From the NCBI RefSeq assembly GCF_009914755.1, contig NC_060934.1: a DNA stretch of 64,000 bases, one strand, 5' to 3'. Both the position numbers and the translations under genes were made by a program. Origin of the DNA: the human T2T-CHM13v2.0 reference genome, Homo sapiens. Below are positions 25,058 through 37,232 of this stretch, one piece after another. Position 1 is the first letter of the stretch. Each line of letters begins with the position of its first letter. The notes beneath the pieces were generated by a model. It saw only the letters and a list, made by a program, of their open reading frames with translations. It was not told the DNA's origin and did no database searches.

Positions 25058-25655
25058 TAATGTCACTCCTCTGCTCAAAATCCTGCAGCTTCACTTGGAG
25101 TAAAGTTAAAGTCCTTGAAATGGTCAACATGATCTATGTGATCTAGCTTCCTATGACATCTCCCATATCCTCTCCTACTACTCTCACCATTTCCTACCCA
25201 GCCCCAGCCATACCAGCCTCCTTGTGGCTATGTAAACATGCCAGGCAAGCTCGCTGTGACACTTTACTCTAGTTTTTCCCTCTGTCTGAAACATTCTTCC
25301 TCAAGATATTGCTTGGTTAACTCCATTGTGTCTTTCAATTTTTTGCTGAAATCACCAGGTCAATGAGACCTACCTATCCTGACATTTTTAGTTGGCTCTC
25401 AGTCACCCTTTCTAAACCTGTTTACCAAAATTTTATTTTTCTATATTATTGGGTTGTTGCAAAAGTAATCATGGTTTTTGCCATTACTTTTAATACTTAC
25501 AAATTTTTAACATATACATGATGTTTTTGTTTATTAATTTTATGTTTATTGTTAGTTTCCCCTTGCTGAATGTAGTCTTTATTTTATCACCTTAAGCAAT
25601 GCTTAGAACATTTGCTCATTTGCCAAAGGTAAGGCATCACTATAAGTATTATCCA
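25058..25655 (+). mobile_element. L2a fragment interrupted by MADE1
   Basis: ATGTCACTCCTCTGCTCAAAATCCTGCA..AAAGTCCTTGAAATGG..CCAGCCATACCAGCCTCCTTG..CCCTCTGTCTGAAACATTCTTCC. Confidence 0.7.
25449..25494 (+). mobile_element. MADE1 (mariner-derived MITE), one arm only
   Basis: TTGGGTTGTTGCAAAAGTAATCATGGTTTTTGCCATTACTTTTAAT, flanked by TA. Confidence 0.75.
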
Positions 25656-25660
25656 TGTAG

Positions 25661-26522
<862 letters not shown>

Positions 26523-26780
26523 CTAACAGATATAAAGTTTTTTCTACGTGGTAGTCATATTCTGAAGCATTTTACATACAGTAACTAATTTAAATTACTT
26601 AATGACCCTATAAGGCACATAGTGGGATTATTTTCACTTAATAGAGCAGAAAACTAAGGCACGAAGAGAATAAGAAAATAATACAGATGAAATAAAACAG
26701 CACCACTCTAGAGTGTTATATTATACTGCTTCTTGCTAAAATAATTTCCTTTGCATCATGTATGGGAAAGCCCTTTTAGG

Positions 26781-26895
26781 ATTTCATTCATTCGACAAAT
26801 CTTAAACACCTGTTATGTGCCAGACACTGAGTTAAATCCTGGGGCTGCAATAGTGACAAAGATAGATATGGTTTGTGTCCTCCTTCAACTTAAAT
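26781..26895 (-). mobile_element. L2 3'-end fragment
   Basis: TTCATTCATTCGACAAAT..CACCTGTTATGTGCCAGACACTG..CCTGGGGCTGCAATAGTGA. Confidence 0.7.
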
Positions 26896-27318
26896 TCCTT
26901 CCAATGAGGAAACTTAAGTTTGGTGGCTCAAAGTTAGATATATATCACCAATAGCCATAATATTTGGTAGCTCACAGAAGCCCTTTCATAGGGTGAAGTG
27001 CTGATGAATAAGTAGAATATTATTTCCCCTCTCTATTCATATATTAGTATCATATCCATTTATTACAATTAATTCATAAAAGTTGTGTTATATAAATTTT
27101 AGCCCTCTTCTTTAAAGCAACCTATTTCAAATGTTTAATGCTGAATTTCAATTAGTATAAATTTTACCCATCTGGATATTTATTCTGTTAATATTAAAAT
27201 GGCTTTATATTGCTATTTTACTATTTCATATGTGACTATCCTATTTATTCAAAATGGTTCTAGGTTTTTTTTATAGTAAAGACTATTTTATAGTTGTATG
27301 TGGTCTCCCAAGTGATTT

Positions 27319-28044
27319 TGAAACTGCCTGTGCAAAATTATGACAGTAAGAGAAATCTGACTTAGTTTACTTTATCTTGCTGCTAATCTCCAAGCTGTCC
27401 TTGGTCATTCCTGGACAGAAGCCAGGCTAACCTTGGGAGGAATAGAGTTTATAGTTTAAATTTAAAGCAAGGATAATGATAGCCCTTCCCAAAACTAAAC
27501 CACCTTTGTAAAGCTAATGAAAATCCACAAGCTTAGGATTATGAGAGGGCCCTAAATTTCACTAAGATGCAGACATAGCTAAACAATAACTGGCTATTAC
27601 AGAGATTACAAGATATATAACTTCCCCAATTGTTCCTATAGAAAACACCACTATTGTAGAACCTAAGATTTGTTGTTTGAGATGTTTTTGCAGACTTTTT
27701 CATTCTGGCAACCAGTGGACCCCGCCTGGACTTGCGACTCATAATTCAATCAGTCCTGTAGCCCCCAACCCAGGGGAGAACTCAGCGCAAAAGGTCACTT
27801 TTCCATACCCCTATGATGGAATCCCCAACCAGTTAGCAGTACCAAACCCCTAGACCCTTGCCCACCAAACTGGCCTTGAAAAACCCTAACCTCCGAGCCT
27901 TCAGGGAGATTGATTTGAGAAATAACTCCATCTTTTGTGTGGCTGGCCTCATGTCAATTAAACTCTTTTTTATTGCAATACCATGGTCTCAGTGAATTGA
28001 TTTTGTCTGTGCAGCAGACGGGAAGAACAAATTGGGCACTTACA
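27319..28044 (+). mobile_element. LTR8B-like solo LTR (ERV1/MER4 group)
   Basis: TGAAACTGCCTGTGCAAAATTATGACAGTAAGAGAAATCTGAC...ATTAAACTCTTT...GGGCACTTACA. Imperfect 4-bp TSD ATTT/ACTT. Confidence 0.8.
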
Positions 28045-28641
28045 ACTTAGCATGTTTTAGAGTAGATGTGAAGTATTCCATTAAGTTGCACCCATCTTAA
28101 TGTCTGAGGATAAAAGTACAGGGCCTTGTGCATGTTGGCATTTCAGCACGCATTCTTTGGATTGTATTGAAGTAAAACCACTTTAGTTGCTATTTAAGAT
28201 GTTTTCTTTTTTGCAGCATGGCTTCTTAAAGTGCTATATGGACTAATGTCAATAAGAGATTAAGGTTACTTATCACATTTTTGTCATTATTAAGATGAAA
28301 TAACATATCACTTGAGGGAAACTAACATATATGTTTAAAACTGGGTTTATATTTAAAACAAAGTAGGCAGGAAATACTATTAAGTGTTTCATCAAATTTG
28401 CTGCCAGGAGCCAAGGTGTAAATTACATAGGGAAGAACAAGTCTACAGATTTTTCTAACATATATAAAATAATAGCCAAGAAAATAAGTTAAGACACAGG
28501 AAACCAGTTGAAATTAAAGACATTTCTTGAAAAACTAAAAAGCCTCCACAGTATGAATAAAATAAAATAAAATAAAATTGCTTCTCAAACTTAACACCTA
28601 AAAGGTAGTTACTCCTTTCCTGAACATTTTCCTCCTTGTAA

Positions 28642-29037
<396 letters not shown>

Positions 29038-30289
29038 TAGCCATTTGGCCAGGATTTCAGATCTGGCCTCCACTCCCATTCTAACTCCATTGTTTCAAAA
29101 AGAGTTGCATTAGTGAAGGGAGTCAAAAATAATAAATGATAGAGTTAGAACAATATTGCTGTTGCACTTCACATTGTCTGACCTTTGACAGAAAGCAGCA
29201 GAAAAAGGACCTGCTTGTATTTCCTGTCTCAGTGGATGATATATTTTGAGAATTTGCTTTTGTATTTAACTTCTGTTACTTTATGTGTAAGTGGTTTGAA
29301 CATACCTTGTGTATGTTGTAGGCAGCATTTGCTTCATAAAATGTCACATTGATGTATTTCTGGCTTACTGTATAAGTGAATTAGTAACTGTAATGAGTTA
29401 TTGTGTTCCATATGTATTTTTTTAGTTGTTTTGGTGATGAAACATATGGTTTTACTTTCTACCCATTGAAATCCTGTGAATATAAAAAGCTCTGCCAAAG
29501 ATCAGTGGGTGAGTCTGTTAAAAGTGTACATAGTTTTCATTTTTAAAGTTTACAGTCAAATATATTTTAACTGTACGAATCAATAATAGTGCTTGTTAAC
29601 TTAATTCATATCCTTCGTGAACATGGTGAAATGGTGATGCATATGCCTGTGGCCCTTACTCTTATCTCAGAGTTGAGATACAAAAGTAAAACATCTTTGC
29701 CATGTTCATGACTGATTGACCTATAACCAGTGTCTATCCTCATTTTTCTATCCTTCCTTTTCTCTTCTTCCTCCTCTTTTCCCCTTCCTCTTTTTTTATT
29801 CTCCTCTTTATCTGTCTAGTTTTTCTCCAACATCAATAAAGTCAACATTAGCTCACTTGAAAATCACAATTTGAGAAATCTTTCATTTTCTTAAGTTTAT
29901 AGGTTTATTATAAAGAATATTACAAAAGATATCAATGAATAGATGCATAGGACAAAGTATAGGGGAAAGGGCAAGAGCTTCCATGTCCTCCCCTGGATGC
30001 ATCACCATTTAGGAACCTCCATGTGTTCACTATCTGAAAGCGCTCCTAACCATGTCTTTTTGGGTTTCTGTGGAGACTTCATTATACAGACGTGCTTGAT
30101 CAAACCACTGTCCCTTGGTGATTAACTTAACTTTTAGCTCCTCTTCCCTCCCTGGAGATTACAAGTGGGCTCAAAATTCCAAGCCTCTACAATGCCTTGG
30201 TGGTCTTTCTGTTGACCAGCTCCCATCCTGAAGCTACCTAGGGGCTGCCAGCCTTCAGTCCATCATTAGCATGCAAAAAGGCATCACTG

Positions 30290-30427
30290 GGCCTGGCATG
30301 GTGGCTCACATTTGGAGTCTCAGCAGTTCGGGATAGTGAGGTAGGAGGATCACTTGAAGCCAAGCATTTGAGACCAGCATGGGCAACATAGCAGGATCCC
30401 ATCTCTACAAAAATTAAAACAAAAACC
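30290..30427 (+). mobile_element. FLAM/AluJ left monomer inserted in the MER21 LTR
   Basis: 13-bp TSD AAAAG(G/A)CATCACT at 30276-30288 / 30428-30440. Confidence 0.88.
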
Positions 30428-31578
30428 AAAAGACATCACTTAGGAGATTCCAAGGATGTTAGGAATTGTAGGACAGGAAACTTGATCAAAGACCAAATAC
30501 ATATTTTACGTATTTTACAATAACACTATCCCCACCCAACCCCTCCTTTGAGCCTTATCCCTTACATTAAAGGGATATAAATCTCAAAAGATGTTTTTAC
30601 ATTTATCGTTAGCCTAGTCCTCCATATTATATGAATGTCTCCCAGGGTGAGGACACTGAGGTTGGCAGGTTTCACTTCCATCTAAAGCAAGAATGGTTTT
30701 GGCAAACATGTAGCTTCACCCACTCAGAAACTCGTATATTTGATCTAAGAGACAATATCTTGCTCTGAGCCTCTTTCAAGGTGTTAATGTAATATTAGAT
30801 TGCCCTGAATTCATTACCCATTTATTTTTCCCTTTACCTTCAGGTAATATTTATTCTTTTGATTAATAAATTTTGGAAGGGATATTGGAAGCACCACCGA
30901 GCTGATCTAGATTACAGGCATCAGTACCAGTGTGGGTAGTGCCTCCTTCTCAGTCCACTCCCATTTAGGTAGGGTAAGACTACATAGGTGTCAAACTAGT
31001 GGCTTATTTTTATCACCAGGCAATATAACTTCTTTTACTGTTAACTATATTTTTGCACATCCCACCTCCATCAAGCCTTTAGGAATTCTGGCATAAGGTT
31101 TAAAAACAGAGTTTCTTGCTTAAGAATAATCTCTGCTTCTGCTTGCACTTGCAGCTCTGACCTTAGGATCACTGCATCAGGTAAAGGAAAGACAAAAAGT
31201 TGAGGTGATGTGAGAAGAAAGAAATAAAACAGAAAGTATAACATTTATATCAGCATACTCCTTCCTTGTTAAGAATTGCATAGTAATACCAGCATCTTTC
31301 TTCACCCCTTCTTCCCCAGATCAACCAGAAAAATGAAGGAGACATTCCATGAGCATACGTACTTGTGAAGGCTTGTAAGCCAGACCTTCACGTCTTTATC
31401 TCCACCTACCTTACAAAACCAGTTTTAATTGCCTGTTTCACTTCTCTATCAATTACTCTGAGGAGATCTCTCTGCCCATTTTTGGACACTATGGGCTATT
31501 GTGTGTTTCTTACTTCCTTGCTTTGAAGAAACGACAGTCAGCTGTCCAAATTTGTGCAATAGTTTCTGTTCTAGTTTG

Positions 31579-31830
<252 letters not shown>

Positions 31831-31879
31831 TGTTCTAGGTTGTGTGTGTGTGGTTTTTTTGTTTTTGTTTTTGTTTTTA

Positions 31880-31997
31880 ATATAGCACTCTGAGCATTTG
31901 CATCTTCCAACAGGTAAGCATAGCCCAGTCCAGAATCAGTGTCCATTCTTGTCAGGAGCCATTTATAGCCCCCAAGGGCTACCAGCATCAGTCTCAC
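31880..31997 (-). pseudogene. ERVL-type integrase core fragment
   Basis: YKWLLTRMDTDSGLGYAYLLEDANAQSAI resembles ERVL IN (..VLTGIDTYSGYGFAYP..ASAKTTI). Confidence 0.7.
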
Positions 31998-32313
31998 TTT
32001 TCAGGTTTTTTCAGTATCTTCCTACCAGAAAATCTGCTCCAGAACCACTGGCAGTCTCTGTCTCTCTTGCTGACAAACAGAACAGTTCTTACTGGCATTT
32101 AGACTCAGTGCATCTCTGTATTGCTGCAGTAGCCCCATATCCACTTATTTCATGGACCAAGGTAGCCACTCAAATGAGCACATGGGAATATCTGCTTGTC
32201 AATTTCAGTCACTGTCTGAACTTGGAAGGGCACTCTTCTCATGGGTATCCACATGTCCTACCTTATTGTGCCCCTCAAATTTCCCTAGTACTGTGCCCCT
32301 TATGACCATCCCT

Positions 32314-32544
32314 TTAAAAGGCTAGATTTCCATTGTCTGACCATGTGGTCAGGTCATTGGCCACTGCCCACAAGTCAGTAAAAACCCAAACACAAGGGCT
32401 TTTACCACTGTTCAATTCTTCCACCACCACTCGGAAAACAGCATGCAATTCAGCCCACCAAAATGATTCAATTTTACTTTCCTTGTTTAGAGTGGCACCC
32501 TTCCAAATAGAATACTGTCCATTCACACCGGAAGTGCCATCCAC
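32314..32544 (-). pseudogene. ERVL-type RNase H fragment
   Basis: DG..WKGA..WAELHAV..VFTDLWAVANDLTTWS matches the ERVL RNase H motifs (TDGS, WAELRAV, TDSWAVANGL..WS). Confidence 0.78.
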
Positions 32545-33549
32545 AAACTAAGCTGCTCTTAGTCAGTGGAGAGCTATTCATAAGAAAAAAGGGGATCCCT
32601 GCTTGTATGGATCTCCTGTTTTCACTTCCCAAGTAGCATGATCCTTATCATTTCTATTATATTATCGAATTTTTCTGGGCAGCACAATTCCCATTAGAGT
32701 GTTTCTCTGACATCACCTGAGACACCATGGTTATTTCAAATGCCAAGATAATTTTATGTCCTTCAGTAGATGAAGAAATGCATAGGCCAAGGTACAGGAA
32801 AGGACACATAGCTTCCACACCCTCCCCTGGGTAAGACACCCTCCAGGAACCTCCACTTGTTCAGCTTTCCAGAAGCTCCAGGTATCTGTTATCTTTATCT
32901 TTCATTTGGTTATTTTCACAGATTTTCTTACCTTTAATTTTTTTGTGTTAAGGGGTACATGAGGAGTAGTTCTCATTTGTGACCTATTTTTAGTTTTAAG
33001 AATAGAACTTTTCTTAATAAAGAGTGCACTGTGAAGGCTTACTCCATTTTGGATGGAGAAGGTCGTAAGAGACTATCACTCTCGCTCTAGTAACCCAAAC
33101 AATTTAAATTGCATCATTACAGTTTATTCTTGAATCAAAGACAGCTGAAGGTGGAAAGAAACTAAATTTAGGAAGTGGCAAGATGCTCACAAGAGAGAAG
33201 TTATCCACTGCTGTGCTCATCCCTGACTGAACAGAGGGAAATAAGTCTTCCTTAGTAGTACAAGCTAGGGGAAAATCAGCATATGGTCCAGCGTGACAGT
33301 GCTACACTCCCCTATCCCCAGCACTTTCCCACAGGTTTCAGTGAGTGCTGGGAGTACTGTCCTCCTCAATGAGGCAGCTAATCAGATCTGAGCGAAACTC
33401 CTGCTGGTACTCTGTGCTTCCAGCCAAGAAGGAAAAATGAACCGAGAGGAATCTCTTTGAGGAAATATTTGCCTTCACAAAGCATGGTCTGCTTTACAGT
33501 TCTAACCACCCTCTCAGGGCCAAGCATGGGGCAGCAGGACTGAAAGAGA

Positions 33550-33890
33550 GCTCCCAAGGTTCAGGAAGTAGGGGGCAGGGGTGTAGATCAAAGAGAACAT
33601 CCCAGTGACCTAAAAATAATGTCAATCAGGCTGTAAAGAAGTGATAGATTTCTCACAATTCATAAGGCTGGGAGCTCACCTGTGAAATATTTACACATTG
33701 CTGGAAACTCACCAGTGTTCAGATCCCAAGCCCTGCTGAAGGAAAAGTCTTGATCCTATAGTCAAAAATAGGGTGAAACTGAATTGAACTGAAGCTGCGA
33801 CAAAGTCCAGAGATGGCCCAACTACAGAGCATACTGTCTCAACCTCCACTATTTTGACCTGATAAGAGAATAGGTGTGTCTCTTTGTAAA
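33550..33890 (+). mobile_element. Possible ancient L1M 5'-region fragment
   Basis: AACTGAAGCTGCGACAAAGTCCAGA..CCCAACTACAGA..GACCTGATAAGAGAATAGGTGTGTC loosely resembles recalled L1M4/MD 5' sequence. Confidence 0.35.
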
Positions 33891-34469
33891 GAAGGAAGTA
33901 ATAATAATAATAGTAGTAATAGTAATAATGAAATCACAATTTAATGAAAGATATATTATTTCTATATGAAACAGAATAACATATTTTGTCTCTTTATTCT
34001 TTTCTATGATTTATATTATATTCTCTTCTATTATTAGATAAAGCCTACTGGACAATTGACATATAAGAACATAAGTACTGAGTTGCATGAGATATGCATG
34101 AATGCTTATCTAGAAGCTAATTTTGTTATATATCAAAACAGAAGAAATAAGAGCGTAAAATAATCTTGGTATAAATTAAAAAAAGACCATTGGTTATCAA
34201 ATGTAAATGTAAAAATTTAAATTTTTGCAAATAATCCTTTATTCTTGATTATTCCACTAGTTTGATGAGTATTCAAATAAAAATAAATGCCCCAAGTGAA
34301 AAGGAACAGGGCTCAAACATTTTTCACATACTAATGTTCAGTCTGTTCATAGATTTAGGTTTTGTATCCTATAGGCTATACTAACAATTTTCCACAGGAC
34401 TTACTGAAGGCCAAGGATAAATATTTACATTACTGAGGAATGTATAGGAGAAAAAAAGGATTTTTAAAA

Positions 34470-34555
34470 TCCTCTTTCTACTCTCTCTCCCTTCCATTCC
34501 TCTCTTTTCCTCCTTTCCTTCCCTCCTCGTCTTCCTCCTCCTTCTTCTCCTTCTA
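34470..34555. repeat. CT-rich low-complexity polypyrimidine tract
   Basis: Nearly pure C/T run; the source of the spurious Arg/Glu-rich minus ORF 34381-34602. Confidence 0.8.
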
Positions 34556-34739
34556 GTAAGTATAAATGCGACACATATTCTTGGTAATATGTTTGAATAC
34601 ACAGAATGATAAATAGAGAAAACTACAAATAATCCATAGTTCCATTAACTAGAGACAACAACCGTTAACATGATTTTTCTTCCTATTATTTTTCACAATG
34701 AGTCTTATCTGCATCTTTGAACCTTAGGCTATTATTTTT

Positions 34740-34935
34740 AATTGTCTGAAGGCAAAGGACAAGATGAAGGTGAATGGCAGAAATAATAAATGGAAGGAAA
34801 CTGGGGCCTTGGTATTGCTGAGCCAACAGATTAGCCAGCTTTGAAATTTTTTTTATAGTTTGTAAGTATAGGCATATTTTACTGTTATTTAAGCCATTGT
34901 GAGTAGGTTTCTGTTGCTTGCACCACATTCTCTTA
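34740..34935 (+). mobile_element. Old MLT1 (J/K/L-like) LTR 3' part
   Basis: GGCAGAAATAATAAATGGAAGGAAACTGGGGCCTTG..TTTAAGCCATTGTGAGTAGGTTTCTGTTGCTTGCA. Confidence 0.55.
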
Positions 34936-34979
34936 GAATGCATGTGTTTCTTCCTTATCCCAAGCATCTACTCAATTTT

Positions 34980-35280
34980 GTTGTTGTTGCTTGAGAGGGA
35001 GTCTCGCTCTGTCACCCATCCTAGAGTGCAGCGGTGTGATCTCGGCTCACTGCAAACTCCGCCTCACAGTTTCAAGTGATTCTCCTGCCTCAGCCTCCTG
35101 AGTAGCTGGGATTAGGATTACAGGTGCCTGCCACAAAGCGTGGCTAATTTTTGTATTTTTAGTAGAGATGGGGTTGCACCGCATTGGTCAGACTGGTCTC
35201 TAATTCCTAACCTCAAGTGATCCACCTGCCTCAGCCTCCCAAAGTGCTGGGATTACAGGTGTGAGCCACTGTGCCCAGGT
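34980..35280 (-). mobile_element. AluSz-like
   Basis: Full dimer with (TTG)n tail. 16-bp TSD GCATC(T/C)ACTCAATTTT at 34964-34979 / 35281-35296. Confidence 0.92.
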
Positions 35281-35318
35281 GCATCCACTCAATTTTAATT
35301 GTCAGATCCATCATCAGA

Positions 35319-35499
35319 CAGTGTTCTGCAATATTAGCAGATATCAGAATCACCTGGAGATCTTGTTAAACTACAAATTGCTGAGCCCGTCCTATAGTTT
35401 CTGACTAATAGGTCTCGGTTGAAAATTTACATTTCTAACAAGTCCACAGGTAACTCCAATATGTACTGTTGGTCTAGGAACCACCTGTTGAGAATCACT
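35319..35499 (+). mobile_element. MER5A (hAT-Charlie)
   Basis: CAGTG..ATCAGAATCACCTGGAG..CTTGTTAAA..CATTTCTAACAAG..GGAACCAC..TGAGAATCACT. Confidence 0.75.
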
Positions 35500-35641
35500 C
35501 ATTAATGTTAGGAAACTCAGGAAAAAAGTACAATTTTAGTTGCCAAGACTTTGGAAGACACAACGATCCTAATAATGGGCCTTCCTCACTCTGAAAACTA
35601 TTTTTTTTTTGGCGGCGGGTGCGGGGGTAATGGAATGTTTC

Positions 35642-36034
35642 TGATATGGTTTGGATCTGTGTCCCCACCTAAATCTCGTCTTGAATTGTAATCCCAATGT
35701 GTCAAGGGAGGGACCTGGTGGGAGGTGATTGGATTATGGGTGTGGTTTCCCCAGTGCTGTTCTCACGATAGCGTGTTAGTCTCACGAGATCTGATGGTTT
35801 TATAAGTGTTTGGCAGTTCCTCCTTCAATTACTCTCCCTCTTGCTCTCTCGCCTGCTGCTGCGTAGGACGTGCTTGCTTCCTCCTCGGCTTCTGTCATGA
35901 TTTTAAGTTTCCTGAAGTCTCCTAGCCATGCTTCCTATTAAGTCTGCAGAACTGTGAGTAAATTATACCTCTTCCCTTGATAATTACTCAGTCTCAAATA
36001 GTATTCTTTATAGCAGTGTGAAGAGACTAATTCA
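35642..36034 (+). mobile_element. THE1D/MSTA-type solo LTR
   Basis: TGATATGGTTTGGATCTGTGTCCCCACC...CTTTATAGCAGTGTGAAGAGACTAATTCA. Confidence 0.88.
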
Positions 36035-37190
36035 TTTCCTCTTCAGTTGTGAATTGTAAGAAGCTTATAATCTGATGATAAAGGATAATTGAGGCATAAT
36101 GAGTAATGGCTGGGAGAAATCTTATTTAGTGTTCTGGAGGTTATGTGTGTGTGCACTCAGTAGGGTCCTCGGTTACTTCAGGGACCTAGAGGATGATAAA
36201 AAAGGAAAAAAAAAATCCTGCAGTTCAATTGAGTATATTTACACATATGCCCTCTCTCTCTGTTTATTCTCAATCCATACCCCCAAACATCAATACATCT
36301 ATTCAACTGACATGCAGAAAACAAATGCACTTCAATTTATCCATGAATGCATATCTCTTGGCTCTTTTCAACAAAGGATTTCTTTGTAAAAAATAAAGGA
36401 TATGTAGACAATTTTTGAAATTTTCTATTAAGTTAGGAGAAAAAACCCCCACAATATTGGTGTGTGTGTATACGCCTTTCAGTAGATACTTTAGGAAACT
36501 AAAATGGAAGATGGAAAACAATCTGAATTCATCTCTCATGATGTGGTATCGGGTCCATTTATTGTTGTTTTCTGTACTTTTTCAATGTTATTCAATTCTA
36601 TGCATTTTATCTTTGGTAACAACTTCAATACACATTCTTCATAAAGGTAGTTAGAGTAATACTAAAAATAACACAAGTCACGTCACAATAAGGCAACTCG
36701 TCAGGACCTGAGGTAATTCACTGGCATGTTCTGTCTGTGGAAAGGAAACTATTATTGGTTTTGACAAATTGGCTGACCCTATGCAAAATTCAAATCCAAA
36801 CTCTGTTTAAAATCCAAGTGAGTTGTCTAAACATTAATCACTGAGGTTAGATGAAGGCTTACTTCATCGGTATTCAGCACTTTGCCTTAAGATGAAAGCA
36901 GGGAAGAAACCTCCTCGGTTGGAGAGGAAATAGTCTTATCTGAGACCAAAGACTGACATCATTTGCTCATACCCAACTCCCATTGACTTCAATCAACTTC
37001 AACTTCCTATCAGAAAGAATTTTGCTACAGGTTAAAATTTTGAGCTTCACTAATAGTATTACAAGAGGATCAAGGCTTGTAATAATGAGTTTAATATCTT
37101 GGATACAGAAGGAATAATTGGATTCTGGCAAGTATTTTAAATGTTATTGGCTTAGTGAATTTTATTTTTATTGTAGATTCTAAGGTAGAT

Positions 37191-37232
37191 TATATGTATG
37201 TATGTATGTATGTATATATATATATATATATA
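37191..37232. repeat. (TATG)n(TA)n compound microsatellite
   Basis: Read directly from the sequence. Confidence 0.9.

Noticed and set aside
25449-25494. miR-548-type hairpin from MADE1
   Set aside because: Only one arm of the MITE is present; just a 9-bp stem (AAAAGTAAT/ATTACTTTT) can form.
34381-34602. Arg/Glu/Lys-rich ORF suggesting a nucleic-acid-binding peptide
   Set aside because: It is a translation of a CT-rich low-complexity tract.
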